Positions 26,933 through 37,232 of a DNA stretch of 64,000 nucleotides are shown here, piece after piece. The first letter of the stretch is position 1; the number at the start of each line of letters is the position of its first letter. The DNA comes from Candidatus Microgenomates bacterium (lineage in GTDB: Bacteria > Patescibacteriota > Microgenomatia > UBA8517), in contig JADHUT010000002.1 of NCBI GenBank assembly GCA_016784385.1, positions 12,316 to 76,315 on the forward strand, written 5' to 3'. Below the pieces are notes generated by a model that ran no database searches, was not told the DNA's origin, and saw nothing but the letters and a program-made list of their open reading frames with translations. The translations under genes were made by a program, and so were the position numbers.

Positions 26933-27598
26933 ATGAAGAAAAGCACAATGACAATAGAGACTAAAAAAAAATACAAAGCACTTCATGTCTTAAAAGATAA
27001 AATGGAAAAGGATGATTCACTCCCCTTAAAAGAGTGTGCTACTAATCTTGTGTTTGGTTCAGGAAATACTGAAGCTAAAGTACTTGCAATTGGAGAAGGT
27101 CCGGGAAGAATGGAGGATGCCAGTGGTCAACCATTTGTTGGCCCTGCAGGAAAATTACTGGATAAATTATTTCCCCTGTCGGGTTTAGAGCGAAAGAAAG
27201 TATTTATTACAAATGTAGTTCATCACAGGCCTCCAAGTAATCGCGATCCAGAACCAGATGAAATAAGCGCCTATGGAATTTATTTAGATGAAATAATTAA
27301 AATCATAAAACCAAAAGTAATTATCACCTTGGGGCGTTTTTCAATGGCAAAGTTTTTGCCAAGTGCAAAAATATCAGGTGTTCATGGCAAGCGTTACGGC
27401 GTAATGTGGAGAGGAAGAAGTGTGGTGGTAGTGCCAATGTATCATCCTGCAGCATCACTTCGTAATGGAAGTATTTTAGAGGCAGAAAAAAAGGATTTTA
27501 TCCAGTTGCGAAAAATCCTTTTAGATTTGGAAAAGCAAAGCTTGGCCATTACCAAGGGAAATGGTAAACTCAAAGTCAAACAAAAAAAATTAATATGA
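26933..27598 (+). CDS. uracil-DNA glycosylase family 4-like
   Basis: GEGPG..ED..GQPFVGPAG, RPPSNRDP, YHPAA. Confidence 0.9.
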   Translation: MKKSTMTIETKKKYKALHVLKDKMEKDDSLPLKECATNLVFGSGNTEAKVLAIGEGPGRMEDASGQPFVGPAGKLLDKLFPLSGLERKKVFITNVVHHRPPSNRDPEPDEISAYGIYLDEIIKIIKPKVIITLGRFSMAKFLPSAKISGVHGKRYGVMWRGRSVVVVPMYHPAASLRNGSILEAEKKDFIQLRKILLDLEKQSLAITKGNGKLKVKQKKLI

Positions 27599-29253
27599 AC
27601 GACAACGTATTAAAATTTACAGCTCTTTCAGGGACAATTTCAGTCACTGAAAACCTGTATGTGTATGAAACCAAAAATGATATGTTGGTTGTGGATTGTG
27701 GTGTTGGTTTTCCGGACTTGGAAATGCCAGGAATTGAACTTGTGTTACCTGACTTTAGCTACATAGTTAAAAATAAAGCTAAATTAAGAGGAATTGTTTT
27801 GTCACAAGGGCACGAAGACCATATTGGAGCTGTGCCTTATTTATTACAAGAAGTTAGTGTTCCAGTTTGGGGAGCTCCTCTCACTGTTGAATTTTTGCAA
27901 GAAAAGTTTCGTGATTTTAAGATCTCAAAAACTGATCTTCGTACATTTCATCCTGAAAGAGATGAATTTGAGGTAGGATCTTTTAAGGTAAGTCCATTTA
28001 GAGTCACCCATTCCCTTCCAGATGCGTGCGGCTTCGCGATAGATACTCCTGCTGGAAGAATATTCCATGTGCCAGAACACAAAATGAATCAAGATCCTGT
28101 TGATGGAATGCCATTTGATATAGCTCGTGCCAAAAAACTTGCAGGTGAGAAGGAAAATTTATTTTTGGCTTCAGATTGCTTAGGTGCAAACAAACCAGGA
28201 TTCACAGAATCCGAGCAAGATATAGAAAAAAATATGTTGGCAATAGTCCAAAAAGCAAAGCAGGCGGTTTTTACAACTGCAATTTCTAGTAACATCGGAA
28301 GATTCCAACAAATGGTTAATGTTGCACAAAAAACAGGAAGAAAAGTAATTTTTGTTGGAAGATCAATTATTACAAAGACCCAAAAGGCTCACAAACTGGG
28401 ATACTTGAAATACTTGCCAGGAAGTGTAATTCAACTTAGAGATGCACAGCAATACGGTCCCCACCAATTAATGTATGTAGTCTCAGGGTGTTACGGGCAA
28501 GAAGGAAGTTCTCTTTACAGGTTGTCTACTGGTGAATACGATGGAATGGAAACTGCAGAAGGAGATATGATGGTTTTTTCAGCTAATCCAGCTCCGCCAC
28601 ACACAAAAGAAAGTCAGAATTCTATGGTTGATGATCTAATTGATAGAGGAGTTGACGTTCATTATCACGAAGTTGATGAAGGACTATATGTTTCAGGTCA
28701 TGGAAAACAAGAAGACATAAAGGCACTTTTCAACATTGTTAAACCAAAATACTTCATCCCAATTGGAGGTGAAATAAGATACATGCATGCATATGAAAAG
28801 CTGGTTTTGGCAGAAGGTCATTCAAAAGACCAGGTTTTTAAATTAAAACCAGGGGACAACATAACTTTTGAAGGTGACAAAGTAACAAAAGGCCAAAGAA
28901 TCCACATCAAAAGTGTTCTTGTCCATGGAAGGGGAATTGGAGACATAGGAAAAGTAGTTTTGGGAGATAGATCAGTTCTTGGAACTGAAGGAGTGGTTGT
29001 GATTATTTTTAAAGTAGACAAAAATAAAAAACTTGTTGAAAACCCCCAAATAGTTACTCGTGGATTTGTATATCAGGGGAAAAGTAGAAATCTATTAAAT
29101 GACGCAACTGCAAGGTTGGCTAGTTTTGTAAAAGCAAAAAATACAAAAAACATAAAAGCCCTCAAAGACGATATTACAAGATTTTTGGAAAACCATTTTT
29201 ACAAAGTAACTGCAAGAAAACCTATGATCTTGCCAGTTGTTGTTGAAGTGTAA
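27595..29253 (+). CDS. rnj: ribonuclease J (beta-CASP), several metal ligands substituted
   Basis: VVDCG, GHEDHIGA, THS, SSNIGRFQQ, VSGH, RKPMILPVV. Confidence 0.9.
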   Translation: MNDNVLKFTALSGTISVTENLYVYETKNDMLVVDCGVGFPDLEMPGIELVLPDFSYIVKNKAKLRGIVLSQGHEDHIGAVPYLLQEVSVPVWGAPLTVEFLQEKFRDFKISKTDLRTFHPERDEFEVGSFKVSPFRVTHSLPDACGFAIDTPAGRIFHVPEHKMNQDPVDGMPFDIARAKKLAGEKENLFLASDCLGANKPGFTESEQDIEKNMLAIVQKAKQAVFTTAISSNIGRFQQMVNVAQKTGRKVIFVGRSIITKTQKAHKLGYLKYLPGSVIQLRDAQQYGPHQLMYVVSGCYGQEGSSLYRLSTGEYDGMETAEGDMMVFSANPAPPHTKESQNSMVDDLIDRGVDVHYHEVDEGLYVSGHGKQEDIKALFNIVKPKYFIPIGGEIRYMHAYEKLVLAEGHSKDQVFKLKPGDNITFEGDKVTKGQRIHIKSVLVHGRGIGDIGKVVLGDRSVLGTEGVVVIIFKVDKNKKLVENPQIVTRGFVYQGKSRNLLNDATARLASFVKAKNTKNIKALKDDITRFLENHFYKVTARKPMILPVVVEV

Positions 29254-29327
29254 ATATTGCTTCTTAATTCTTCTTATTTGTATTTTAGTGTTTCCACTTG
29301 GCAGCATTATTCGTATATAATGGATTT

Positions 29328-31436
29328 ATGGCCAAGAAGAAGAGAAAAAAGAGAATTGACAAGAGAGGTTTTAAACTGAAACTTAAAAAACATACAATGT
29401 TTTCTATAGCTCAAGTTTTCTTTTTTGCTCTTGCAGCCTTGATACTTATTTCTTTTTCTCGCCAGGGGCTCATTCTTTATCGCTTTAATGACTTTTTAAT
29501 AGCCATGTTTGGTTGGGCTACAATATTTCTGCCTTTCATTTTTCTCTCATTTGCATTTATGTTGAGTAGGATCAAGCTTCCTTTGTCTCAACCAAATGTG
29601 ATAATTGGTTCAATTTTGTTTTTTCTTTCTATTGCAGCTCTGGGTAAGTCTGGCAGCTTAGGTCTAGTTTTTTGGGAAGGAGTTTCAACTCTTGTTACCC
29701 CCGCTGGTGCTTTCATAATTTTATTTGGACTGGCCCTTGTTGGTTTGATAGTACTTTTTAATACATCTTTTGATCAGGTATTCAAAGTTGTGGCGGAGAT
29801 ATGGTCAACAGTTAGAAGTTATATTTTCGGTCAAAAAGCTGCAGGTGGAGGTAAAATATATCCCAAGAAAGATTTTAAGGTTTCAGGTGGAGCAGTTGAA
29901 AACAACAAGGGTGATAGCCAAGAAGGTAAAGAAAGTAAAACTGAAAAACCACAAGAAGAACTGGAAGAAAAACTGGTTAGCAACGTTGAGGGAGACGACA
30001 AGGTCTGGAAATACCCACCCACTAGTTTGTTAACTGATGACCAAATTGGAAGGGCAGATAGGGGAGACATAAAAGGAAATGCTGCTGTAATTGAAAAGAC
30101 TTTGGAGTCTTTTGGTATTACTGCAAGGGTTGTTGAGGTTAATCTAGGTCCAGCTGTTACTCAATATGCAATTGAGGTTGCACTTGGAACTAAACTATCC
30201 AAAATTACAGCTCTAGAGCGGGATTTGGCACTAGCCTTGGCTGCTCCTACTGGGACTATTCGAATTGAAGCTCCAATTCCAGGAAGATCTTTGGTTGGAA
30301 TTGAACTTCCAAATAAGTCTCCGGAGTTTGTTCCTTTACGGCGAATTTTGGAATCTGATGAAATGAAAGGAACAAAAAGTAAACTAGCAGTAGCCCTGGG
30401 ACTTGATGTTTCAGGAAAGCCGGTCATATCAGATATTGCAAAAATGCCACACATATTGATTGCCGGCCAAACTGGTTCTGGAAAAAGTGTATGTATCAAC
30501 GCATTTTTGTCTTCTCTTCTGTTTCGAGCAAGTCCTTCTGAGGTGAAGTTAATACTGGTGGACCCAAAGAGGGTAGAGTTGACTGGATACAATGATATTC
30601 CACATCTTCTGTCTCCTGTAATAGTTGAATCTGACAAGGTTATTTCTGCCCTTCGTTGGTTGATGAGGGAAATGGACAGAAGATATCAATTGTTTGCTCA
30701 GGCTGGTGCGCGAAACATTGATTCATACAATGAAATGAGTGGTTTCCAAGCTTTACCTTATATTGTTTTATTTATAGATGAGTTGGCAGACATAATGCTC
30801 CTCTCTCCTGTTGAAGTTGAAGATGCAATTACAAGAATTGCTCAAATGAGTCGGGCCACAGGAATTCATATGGTACTTGCAACGCAAAGACCTTCAGTAG
30901 ATGTTATAACAGGCCTTATTAAGGCAAACATTCCAAGCAGAATTGCCTTTGCAGTTTCATCCCAAGTTGACTCTCGAGTAATACTAGACACGCAAGGAGC
31001 TGAAAAATTAATTGGAAAAGGTGACATGTTGCATCTTCCACCAGACATGGCTAAACCAGCCAGAATTCAGGGAGCATTTCTTGATGACAAAGAAATTACA
31101 TCAATGATATCTTTCATTAAAAACCAAGGTGTTGCTCCTCAATATACAGAAGAGGTAACAACACAGACAAAGTCTGGAATGCCTGTTGTGGAGGGTGTAA
31201 TGGGAGATTTGGATGAACGATTTTCAGATGCAGTCAGGGCAGTATGCCAATATGACAGAGCTTCTGCATCACTTTTGCAAAGGAGACTATCAATTGGATA
31301 TGCAAGAGCTGCAAGGGTTGTTGATCAGTTGGAAGCTGCTGGGGTAATTAGTACATCAGATGGATCTTCAAAAGCCAGAGATGTATTGATTACTAACGCT
31401 GATGAGTTTTTAGCTAAGTTTGGTACTTCTCAATGA
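29328..31436 (+). CDS. ftsK: DNA translocase FtsK/SpoIIIE
   Basis: 4 TM, PHILIAGQTGSGKS, IDELAD, LATQRPS, gamma domain IGYARAAR; ATG 6 nt after TATAAT. Confidence 0.97.
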   Translation: MAKKKRKKRIDKRGFKLKLKKHTMFSIAQVFFFALAALILISFSRQGLILYRFNDFLIAMFGWATIFLPFIFLSFAFMLSRIKLPLSQPNVIIGSILFFLSIAALGKSGSLGLVFWEGVSTLVTPAGAFIILFGLALVGLIVLFNTSFDQVFKVVAEIWSTVRSYIFGQKAAGGGKIYPKKDFKVSGGAVENNKGDSQEGKESKTEKPQEELEEKLVSNVEGDDKVWKYPPTSLLTDDQIGRADRGDIKGNAAVIEKTLESFGITARVVEVNLGPAVTQYAIEVALGTKLSKITALERDLALALAAPTGTIRIEAPIPGRSLVGIELPNKSPEFVPLRRILESDEMKGTKSKLAVALGLDVSGKPVISDIAKMPHILIAGQTGSGKSVCINAFLSSLLFRASPSEVKLILVDPKRVELTGYNDIPHLLSPVIVESDKVISALRWLMREMDRRYQLFAQAGARNIDSYNEMSGFQALPYIVLFIDELADIMLLSPVEVEDAITRIAQMSRATGIHMVLATQRPSVDVITGLIKANIPSRIAFAVSSQVDSRVILDTQGAEKLIGKGDMLHLPPDMAKPARIQGAFLDDKEITSMISFIKNQGVAPQYTEEVTTQTKSGMPVVEGVMGDLDERFSDAVRAVCQYDRASASLLQRRLSIGYARAARVVDQLEAAGVISTSDGSSKARDVLITNADEFLAKFGTSQ

Positions 31437-32062
31437 ATACAATAGGAACATTTTTAAGCAGTGCCCGCAGGGAGAAGGGTGTGTCCTTGGAACAGTTAGA
31501 GCTAACTACAAAAATAAAAAAGCAGTTTCTGGAGGCTATTGAAAAAGAAAATTGGGAGAGCCTTCCCGAATATCCAGTGATACTTGGATTTGTGAGCAAT
31601 ATCGCAGGAAGCCTTGATGTGCCCGTTGATACTGCATTAGCTCTTCTTCGTCGTGACTATCCACCAAAGAAGTTAAAAGTAACACCTTCACCCGACGTTG
31701 AAAAGAAGTTTGTTTGGTCTCCAAAACTAACTTTTGCAATAGGTGTTGGTTTATTTTTGTTAACACTGCTTGGCTACCTTGGATTTCAATACACGCGGTT
31801 CATGAATCCTCCCAAACTTTTTATCTCAAAACCGACGGAAGAAGAAATTGTTCTTTCAACAAAACTTAAAGTGTCAGGAATTACTGACACAGACGCCAAA
31901 ATTGAAGTTAACAACCAACCAATACTAGTTGATTCAAGCGGAAATTTTGAAGGAACTGTGGAAATATCAGAAGATGCGGGTGAAATTACATTCGTCGCAA
32001 CTTCTCGCTCTGGAAAAGAGACAAAGATTAATCGTAAGATAGTAAATGAGACAGGTGATTAA
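31433..32062 (+). CDS. RodZ-like HTH-TM protein with Ig-like C-terminal domain
   Basis: IGTFLSSARREKG..LEAIE.ENW..LP..GFV HTH, TM, beta-rich domain; follows ftsK. Confidence 0.75.
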   Translation: MNTIGTFLSSARREKGVSLEQLELTTKIKKQFLEAIEKENWESLPEYPVILGFVSNIAGSLDVPVDTALALLRRDYPPKKLKVTPSPDVEKKFVWSPKLTFAIGVGLFLLTLLGYLGFQYTRFMNPPKLFISKPTEEEIVLSTKLKVSGITDTDAKIEVNNQPILVDSSGNFEGTVEISEDAGEITFVATSRSGKETKINRKIVNETGD

Positions 32063-32070
32063 ATAAAAAA

Positions 32071-32310
32071 ATGGATTCAGTGCAAAGATTATTAATAATT
32101 GTGGTTATAACTCTGACAGTTCTGTTGGTTATAGTTGGAATTCAAGTTGTTTTTGTAATACTCGATCTCAGAAAATCATTAAAAAGATTGAATTCAATTT
32201 TAGAAGATGCAATTTTGGGAGGAGGCTTGATTAGACCTGACAAATTGACAGGAATAATGGAGATGTTGAGAAAAAACAAAAAACTGACAAGTCATGGTGA
32301 GTCTGGATAA
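32071..32310 (+). CDS. small single-TM membrane protein
   Basis: N-terminal TM then amphipathic helix. Confidence 0.7.
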   Translation: MDSVQRLLIIVVITLTVLLVIVGIQVVFVILDLRKSLKRLNSILEDAILGGGLIRPDKLTGIMEMLRKNKKLTSHGESG

Positions 32311-32339
32311 GAACAAAAATTAAAGCTATAATTAGCTTC

Positions 32340-34076
32340 ATGACCACAAGTGACGAAGTACGCGAAAAATATTTGAAGTTTTTTGAGAGTAGGGGACACA
32401 AAAGAATCTCACCTGCCCCGCTGGTGTTAGAAAATGATCCAACCACTCTTTTTACTAGTTCTGGCATGCAACCTTTGGTTCCCTATCTAATGGGCGAAAG
32501 CCATCCTGAGGGTGTGCGTTTGGTTGATAGCCAACCAACAATTAGGGCACAAGGTAAAAATGACGACATCTTGGAGGTTGGGGATAGTCGTCATTTAACA
32601 TACTTTGAAATGCTTGGTAACTGGAGCTTGGGTGATTATTTCAAAAAAGAACAATTGGAATGGGTGTGGGAACTATATACAAAAGTATTGAAAATTCCAA
32701 AAGATAGATTGTATGTGACTTTGTTTGAAGGAGATGGTGTAGTTGAAAAAGATTTGGTTTCATATGGAATATGGAAAAAGTTAAAAGTGCACGAAGATCG
32801 TATTTTTTTTTATGGAGCAAAAGAAAATTGGTGGAGCAGAAGTGGTACTCCAGATGAAATGCCTGAAGGAGAAATCGGTGGTCCGACTTCTGAAATATTC
32901 TATGAGTTTACAGAAGTCCCTCATGATAAGAAGTTTGGTAAAGAATGCCATCCAAATTGTGATTGTGGAAGATTTTTGGAAATTGGGAATTGCGTTTTTA
33001 TGATTTACAAAAAGACTGCAGGTAAGTTAAAAGAGCTTCCCAAGAAGAATGTTGACTTTGGAGGTGGCCTTGAGAGAATTACTGCAGCAGTTAATAATGA
33101 TCCAGATGTATTCAAGATTGATCTGTATTGGCCAGCTATTCAGAAAATTTCAAAATACTTTGAAGTAGATTATGAAGATCATAAAAAAACCATGCAAATA
33201 ATTGCAGATCATTTGAGAGCATCTTTGGCACTGATTGACAATGGGGTTGAGCCGTCAAACAAACAACAAGGTTATGTTTTAAGAAGATTGATTAGAAGAA
33301 TTGTAGTAAAACTCAAGGAGTTCAAAAAGAATGTAGAAGTTGGCGATGTGGAGAAATTTACTTCCAGTAAGGTTATTTTGGCAGAGGTAGGAAAATTTAA
33401 TATTACACTAAAGAAAGGCTTAAAACAGGTTGAAAAAATAAAAAACATTGATGGAAAGTCTGCTTTTGACTTGTATCAAAGCTATGGTTTTCCGTTAGAG
33501 TTAACTGCAGAGATTTTTGAGGATAAGGGGCAAAAAATTGATTTAGAAGAATTTAAAGCTGAATTTGAAAAACACAAAAACCTTTCTCGCAGTGCATCTG
33601 CAGGAACTTTTAAAGGAGGGTTGGCTGATTCAAGTGAAAAAACCACTGCTTTGCATACTGTCACCCATCTTTTACATGCTTCCTTGCGAAAAGTACTGGG
33701 GGACAGTGTTTCTCAGAAGGGTAGTAATATCACCTCGGAGAGATTGAGGTTTGATTTTTCCCATCCTCAAAAACTTACAGAAAAAGAACTAAAAGAAGTA
33801 GAGAGCAAAGTGAACGAACAAATCGACAAGAAACTTCCAGTAAAATCATCTGAAATGGATTTTGAAGGAGCAAAAAAATTAGGAGCCTTGGCATTTTTTG
33901 AAGGTAAATATGGTGAAAAAGTGAAGGTATACAACGTCGGCGATTTTTCTTCAGAGGTGTGTGGAGGACCACATGTCAAAAACACTTCCTTTCTCGGTCG
34001 TGTTAAGATAATTAAGCAAGATAAAATCGGGTCTGGACTGATCCGAGTCTATGCCACTGTTCAAAATGGATCTTAA
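32340..34076 (+). CDS. alaS: alanine--tRNA ligase (short, no C-Ala domain)
   Basis: LFTSSGMQPL, HLTYFEMLGNWS, GGGLER, editing HTVTHLLH and CGGPH. Confidence 0.97.
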   Translation: MTTSDEVREKYLKFFESRGHKRISPAPLVLENDPTTLFTSSGMQPLVPYLMGESHPEGVRLVDSQPTIRAQGKNDDILEVGDSRHLTYFEMLGNWSLGDYFKKEQLEWVWELYTKVLKIPKDRLYVTLFEGDGVVEKDLVSYGIWKKLKVHEDRIFFYGAKENWWSRSGTPDEMPEGEIGGPTSEIFYEFTEVPHDKKFGKECHPNCDCGRFLEIGNCVFMIYKKTAGKLKELPKKNVDFGGGLERITAAVNNDPDVFKIDLYWPAIQKISKYFEVDYEDHKKTMQIIADHLRASLALIDNGVEPSNKQQGYVLRRLIRRIVVKLKEFKKNVEVGDVEKFTSSKVILAEVGKFNITLKKGLKQVEKIKNIDGKSAFDLYQSYGFPLELTAEIFEDKGQKIDLEEFKAEFEKHKNLSRSASAGTFKGGLADSSEKTTALHTVTHLLHASLRKVLGDSVSQKGSNITSERLRFDFSHPQKLTEKELKEVESKVNEQIDKKLPVKSSEMDFEGAKKLGALAFFEGKYGEKVKVYNVGDFSSEVCGGPHVKNTSFLGRVKIIKQDKIGSGLIRVYATVQNGS

Positions 34077-36159
34077 ATCAATCATAGGAAAAACTCAAGA
34101 AAATAAAGAAAGTTTCTGGGCACTTTTGTTGGAACAAGGCTGGATAAGTGCAGCAATTTGGGAGGTAGCTGGTGAAGAAGTGAAAATTGTCTCCCAAGGG
34201 TCATCTGCAAGGTGGCCTGAAGAAGAAGATTTGGTGGGCTCAGTTGATACTGCACTATCTTCTTGTGTTACTGGTCTTCCTGAGGATTATGACGAACCAG
34301 AAAAAACAGTTTTTGGTCTTCCTTCCTCGTGGATTGAAGATGGTAATATTACACCACCCAACCTAGAAAAGCTCAAAAAAGTTTGTGAGGATCTTTCACT
34401 GGTTCCATCGGGCTTTGTGGTTCTATCTGAGGCAATTGCACATTTTGTAAAAGCAAATGAAGGCTCTCCTCTGTCTGGAGTTACAGTTGGTATTAGTGAA
34501 AAGAGTTTAGAAATTGCACTTTTCAAGTTGGGTAAACAAGCTGGAGTATTTGAAGTTTCTCGAAGTGTGTCTGTGGTAGAAGATTTGGTCGAAGGGTTGG
34601 TCAGGTTTGGCACTGATGAGGTTTTTCCTTCAAGAATAGTTATCTATGACGGTAAAGATGCTGATCTTGAGGATGTTAGAAGTGCACTGTCTGATGCACC
34701 ATGGGACAGTATAGAAAAAATAAAATTTTTGCATACTCCAAAGATTGATGTAATTAGCCCCTCAGAAAAAATAGAGGCAGTTTGTTTAGCTGGAGGATCA
34801 GAGATTGCAGGAGTTACAAAAGTCGCAGGAAAGAGGGAAGAAAACTTTTCATCTATTCCAGATGATGTACAAAACATTTCAGAACCAGATAGTAATTTGA
34901 CAGCTCAAGATCTTGGGTTTGTGCAGAATACTACAAGTGTTCCAATCCCCCCAATAACCCCTCCCACTTCTGAGAAAAAAGATATTTTTCCAACGAAAAA
35001 ATTCAATCTCAAATTTCCAAAAGTAAATATTAAAAAACCAAAAATAAAACTACCTAGTGGTAGTGGTAAAAAACCACTAATTGTAGGTTTGGTATCAGTG
35101 GTTGTCTTTTTGATAGCCGGATTTTTGTTTTGGTGGTTTTACCCAACTGCCAGTGTGACTGTTTTTGTTTCTCCTAAAAAACTTGATGAGACAATGCAGA
35201 TAACTTTGGGAGAAGATTTTTCATCTAGAACAGTGAGTGAAGAGGTGGCCGATGAGAAGACAAAATCAACAACAGGAACAAAATTGGTAGGAGAGAGGGC
35301 AACAGGTTCAGTGAAGATCCAAAATGGAACTGCAAATACAATCAATTTAGATATCGGAACAATTGTTTCATCTTCAAATGACATGAAGTTTGTTACTGAA
35401 AGTACAGCTTCAATTTCTGCAGCACTGTCACCTTCTTCTCCTGGTGTGGCCACTGTTGAAGTGAAGGCATATGATATTGGGTCAGAATATAATTTGGCTA
35501 AAGATGAAGTATTTAAAATTGGAAACTATCCGAAGGCCGATGTAGATGCTATTTCTACAGATGATTTTTCGGGAGGATCAAGCAGGCAAATTTCAGCTGT
35601 GTCAGAAGAAGATATCGAAGAACTGGAAAATAGTTTGACGCAAGAGTTGGTAAGAAAAGCCACAAAAAACTTTACAGAGAAAATTTCATCTGAAGAGTTA
35701 CTCATAGACTCATCTCTCACAACAAAAACTGATTCAATCGATTTTAGTAACAAAGTTGGAGATGAAGCATCAACCCTGAAACTTTCTCTTTCTTTAACTG
35801 TGACTGGCAGGGTAGTATCTAAAAAAGATTTAATTGGCAAAACCACCACTGTTTTACAAGGTAAAATTCCAACAGGCTTCGTGCTTCGCGACGATCAACT
35901 AAAATTTAAATTTACACAAGACGGAGATAGTGAGGATATTTTTGATGTTGGAGTTGTAGTCAATTTATTACCCAATGTAGACACAGACGATGTTGCTAAA
36001 AAAGTTGTTGGAAAGTATCCTCAACTTGCAAGAGAATACCTTTCAGGTGTTCCTGGATTTATACGAGCAGAGTTTAAAATAAAACCTCTTTTCCCAGGAA
36101 AACTAGGAACGTTGCCTCATGTGGTTAAAAGAATAGAAGTTGGTGTTTCAGCAGACTAA
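34066..36159 (+). CDS. bitopic membrane protein: degenerate FtsA/PilM-like cytoplasmic domain + TM + baseplate J/gp47-like domain
   Basis: N-terminal actin-fold-like pattern; TM ending FWWFYP; ATGSVKIQN..GTIV..KFVT..VEVKA..IGSEYN..FSGG pattern of Baseplate_J-like proteins. Confidence 0.55.
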   Translation: MDLKSIIGKTQENKESFWALLLEQGWISAAIWEVAGEEVKIVSQGSSARWPEEEDLVGSVDTALSSCVTGLPEDYDEPEKTVFGLPSSWIEDGNITPPNLEKLKKVCEDLSLVPSGFVVLSEAIAHFVKANEGSPLSGVTVGISEKSLEIALFKLGKQAGVFEVSRSVSVVEDLVEGLVRFGTDEVFPSRIVIYDGKDADLEDVRSALSDAPWDSIEKIKFLHTPKIDVISPSEKIEAVCLAGGSEIAGVTKVAGKREENFSSIPDDVQNISEPDSNLTAQDLGFVQNTTSVPIPPITPPTSEKKDIFPTKKFNLKFPKVNIKKPKIKLPSGSGKKPLIVGLVSVVVFLIAGFLFWWFYPTASVTVFVSPKKLDETMQITLGEDFSSRTVSEEVADEKTKSTTGTKLVGERATGSVKIQNGTANTINLDIGTIVSSSNDMKFVTESTASISAALSPSSPGVATVEVKAYDIGSEYNLAKDEVFKIGNYPKADVDAISTDDFSGGSSRQISAVSEEDIEELENSLTQELVRKATKNFTEKISSEELLIDSSLTTKTDSIDFSNKVGDEASTLKLSLSLTVTGRVVSKKDLIGKTTTVLQGKIPTGFVLRDDQLKFKFTQDGDSEDIFDVGVVVNLLPNVDTDDVAKKVVGKYPQLAREYLSGVPGFIRAEFKIKPLFPGKLGTLPHVVKRIEVGVSAD

Positions 36160-36164
36160 AGATA

Positions 36165-36848
36165 ATGAAGAAAAAAAAAATAATTAGATTCTTTGCCTTT
36201 GTGTTTGGTTTGTCTGGATTGGTTTTGTTGGTAAGTTCATTTTGGCCAATCATCCAATACCAACTAAATGAAAGTAAAAATTATGAAACTTTACTAACGC
36301 CGTTAGTTTTAGAGAGCACAAAAGGTCAACCACAAATTCTAGACTACACAAAAGCTAGCAACTGGTTTCCAGAGGCACAAGAAGATGTGAATTTTTCTGA
36401 ATCAAAAGTTTCCTTTTATAGTCTCTCTATTCCAAAATTGAAAATTGATAATTCAACAGTTGCGATTGGGGGTGAAGATCTTTCAAAAAGTTTGGTGCAA
36501 TATCCTGGGACTGCTCTCCCTGGAAAGCTTGGAAATTCTGTGATTTTTGGCCACTCAATCTTGCCAATATTTTTTGACCCTGAAAATTATATGTCGATTT
36601 TCTCCACATTACCAACACTTAAAACTCAAGACGATATAGACATTTCTTTTGATGGAGTAGTGTATAAATACAAAGTTGAAGAAATTTTTGAAATTTACCC
36701 CACTGACATACAAATCCTGCAACAGGACAAAAGTGATTCGTTTTTAACTCTTGTTACCTGTGTCCCACCGGGAGATCCAAGAAAACCAAAGAGATTAATT
36801 ATTCGGGCCAGAATAGTTCCTCCTGATTTAGCGTATAATGCCAATTAA
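36165..36848 (+). CDS. sortase
   Basis: N-terminal TM, LSIPKLKI, GNSVIFGHS, LTLVTC, downstream Arg (KRLII). Confidence 0.93.
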   Translation: MKKKKIIRFFAFVFGLSGLVLLVSSFWPIIQYQLNESKNYETLLTPLVLESTKGQPQILDYTKASNWFPEAQEDVNFSESKVSFYSLSIPKLKIDNSTVAIGGEDLSKSLVQYPGTALPGKLGNSVIFGHSILPIFFDPENYMSIFSTLPTLKTQDDIDISFDGVVYKYKVEEIFEIYPTDIQILQQDKSDSFLTLVTCVPPGDPRKPKRLIIRARIVPPDLAYNAN

Positions 36849-37214
36849 ATGATAATACTTGGAGTTGATTATGGAAGAAGAAAAATCGGACTTGCAATTT
36901 CCGAAGGTAAATTGTCACAACCTTTCAAAGTTGTTAAGGTAAAAAGTTTCTCCCATGCTGTCGAGAAAATAATAGCAATTCAAAAAGAGCTAAAAGTAGA
37001 AAGAACAATAGTGGGTGTTTCAGAAGGAGAAATGGGGGAAGAAAGTACTAAGTTTGCCGGTGAAATAGGTGCTGTTACTTCTACAGAATCCCTCTCTACT
37101 CATGACGCACAAGAACTTTCAATTGCTGCTGGAATGAGTAGAAAAAAAAGGAAAGTCATGGAAGATGCTTTTGCAGCTTCTGTCATGTTGCAAAACTATC
37201 TTGATGAGCTGTAA
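36849..37214 (+). CDS. ruvX: YqgF/RuvX pre-16S rRNA nuclease
   Basis: ILGVDYGRRKIGLAIS, EDAFAASVMLQNYLD; near alaS and mltG. Confidence 0.88.
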   Translation: MIILGVDYGRRKIGLAISEGKLSQPFKVVKVKSFSHAVEKIIAIQKELKVERTIVGVSEGEMGEESTKFAGEIGAVTSTESLSTHDAQELSIAAGMSRKKRKVMEDAFAASVMLQNYLDEL

Positions 37215-37232
37215 ATATGCTATACTAGCCTT

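Noticed and set aside
34066-36159. Prophage or tailocin locus suggested by the baseplate-J-like domain
   Set aside because: No sheath, tube, capsid, terminase or integrase genes nearby; the protein has a TM and housekeeping neighbours
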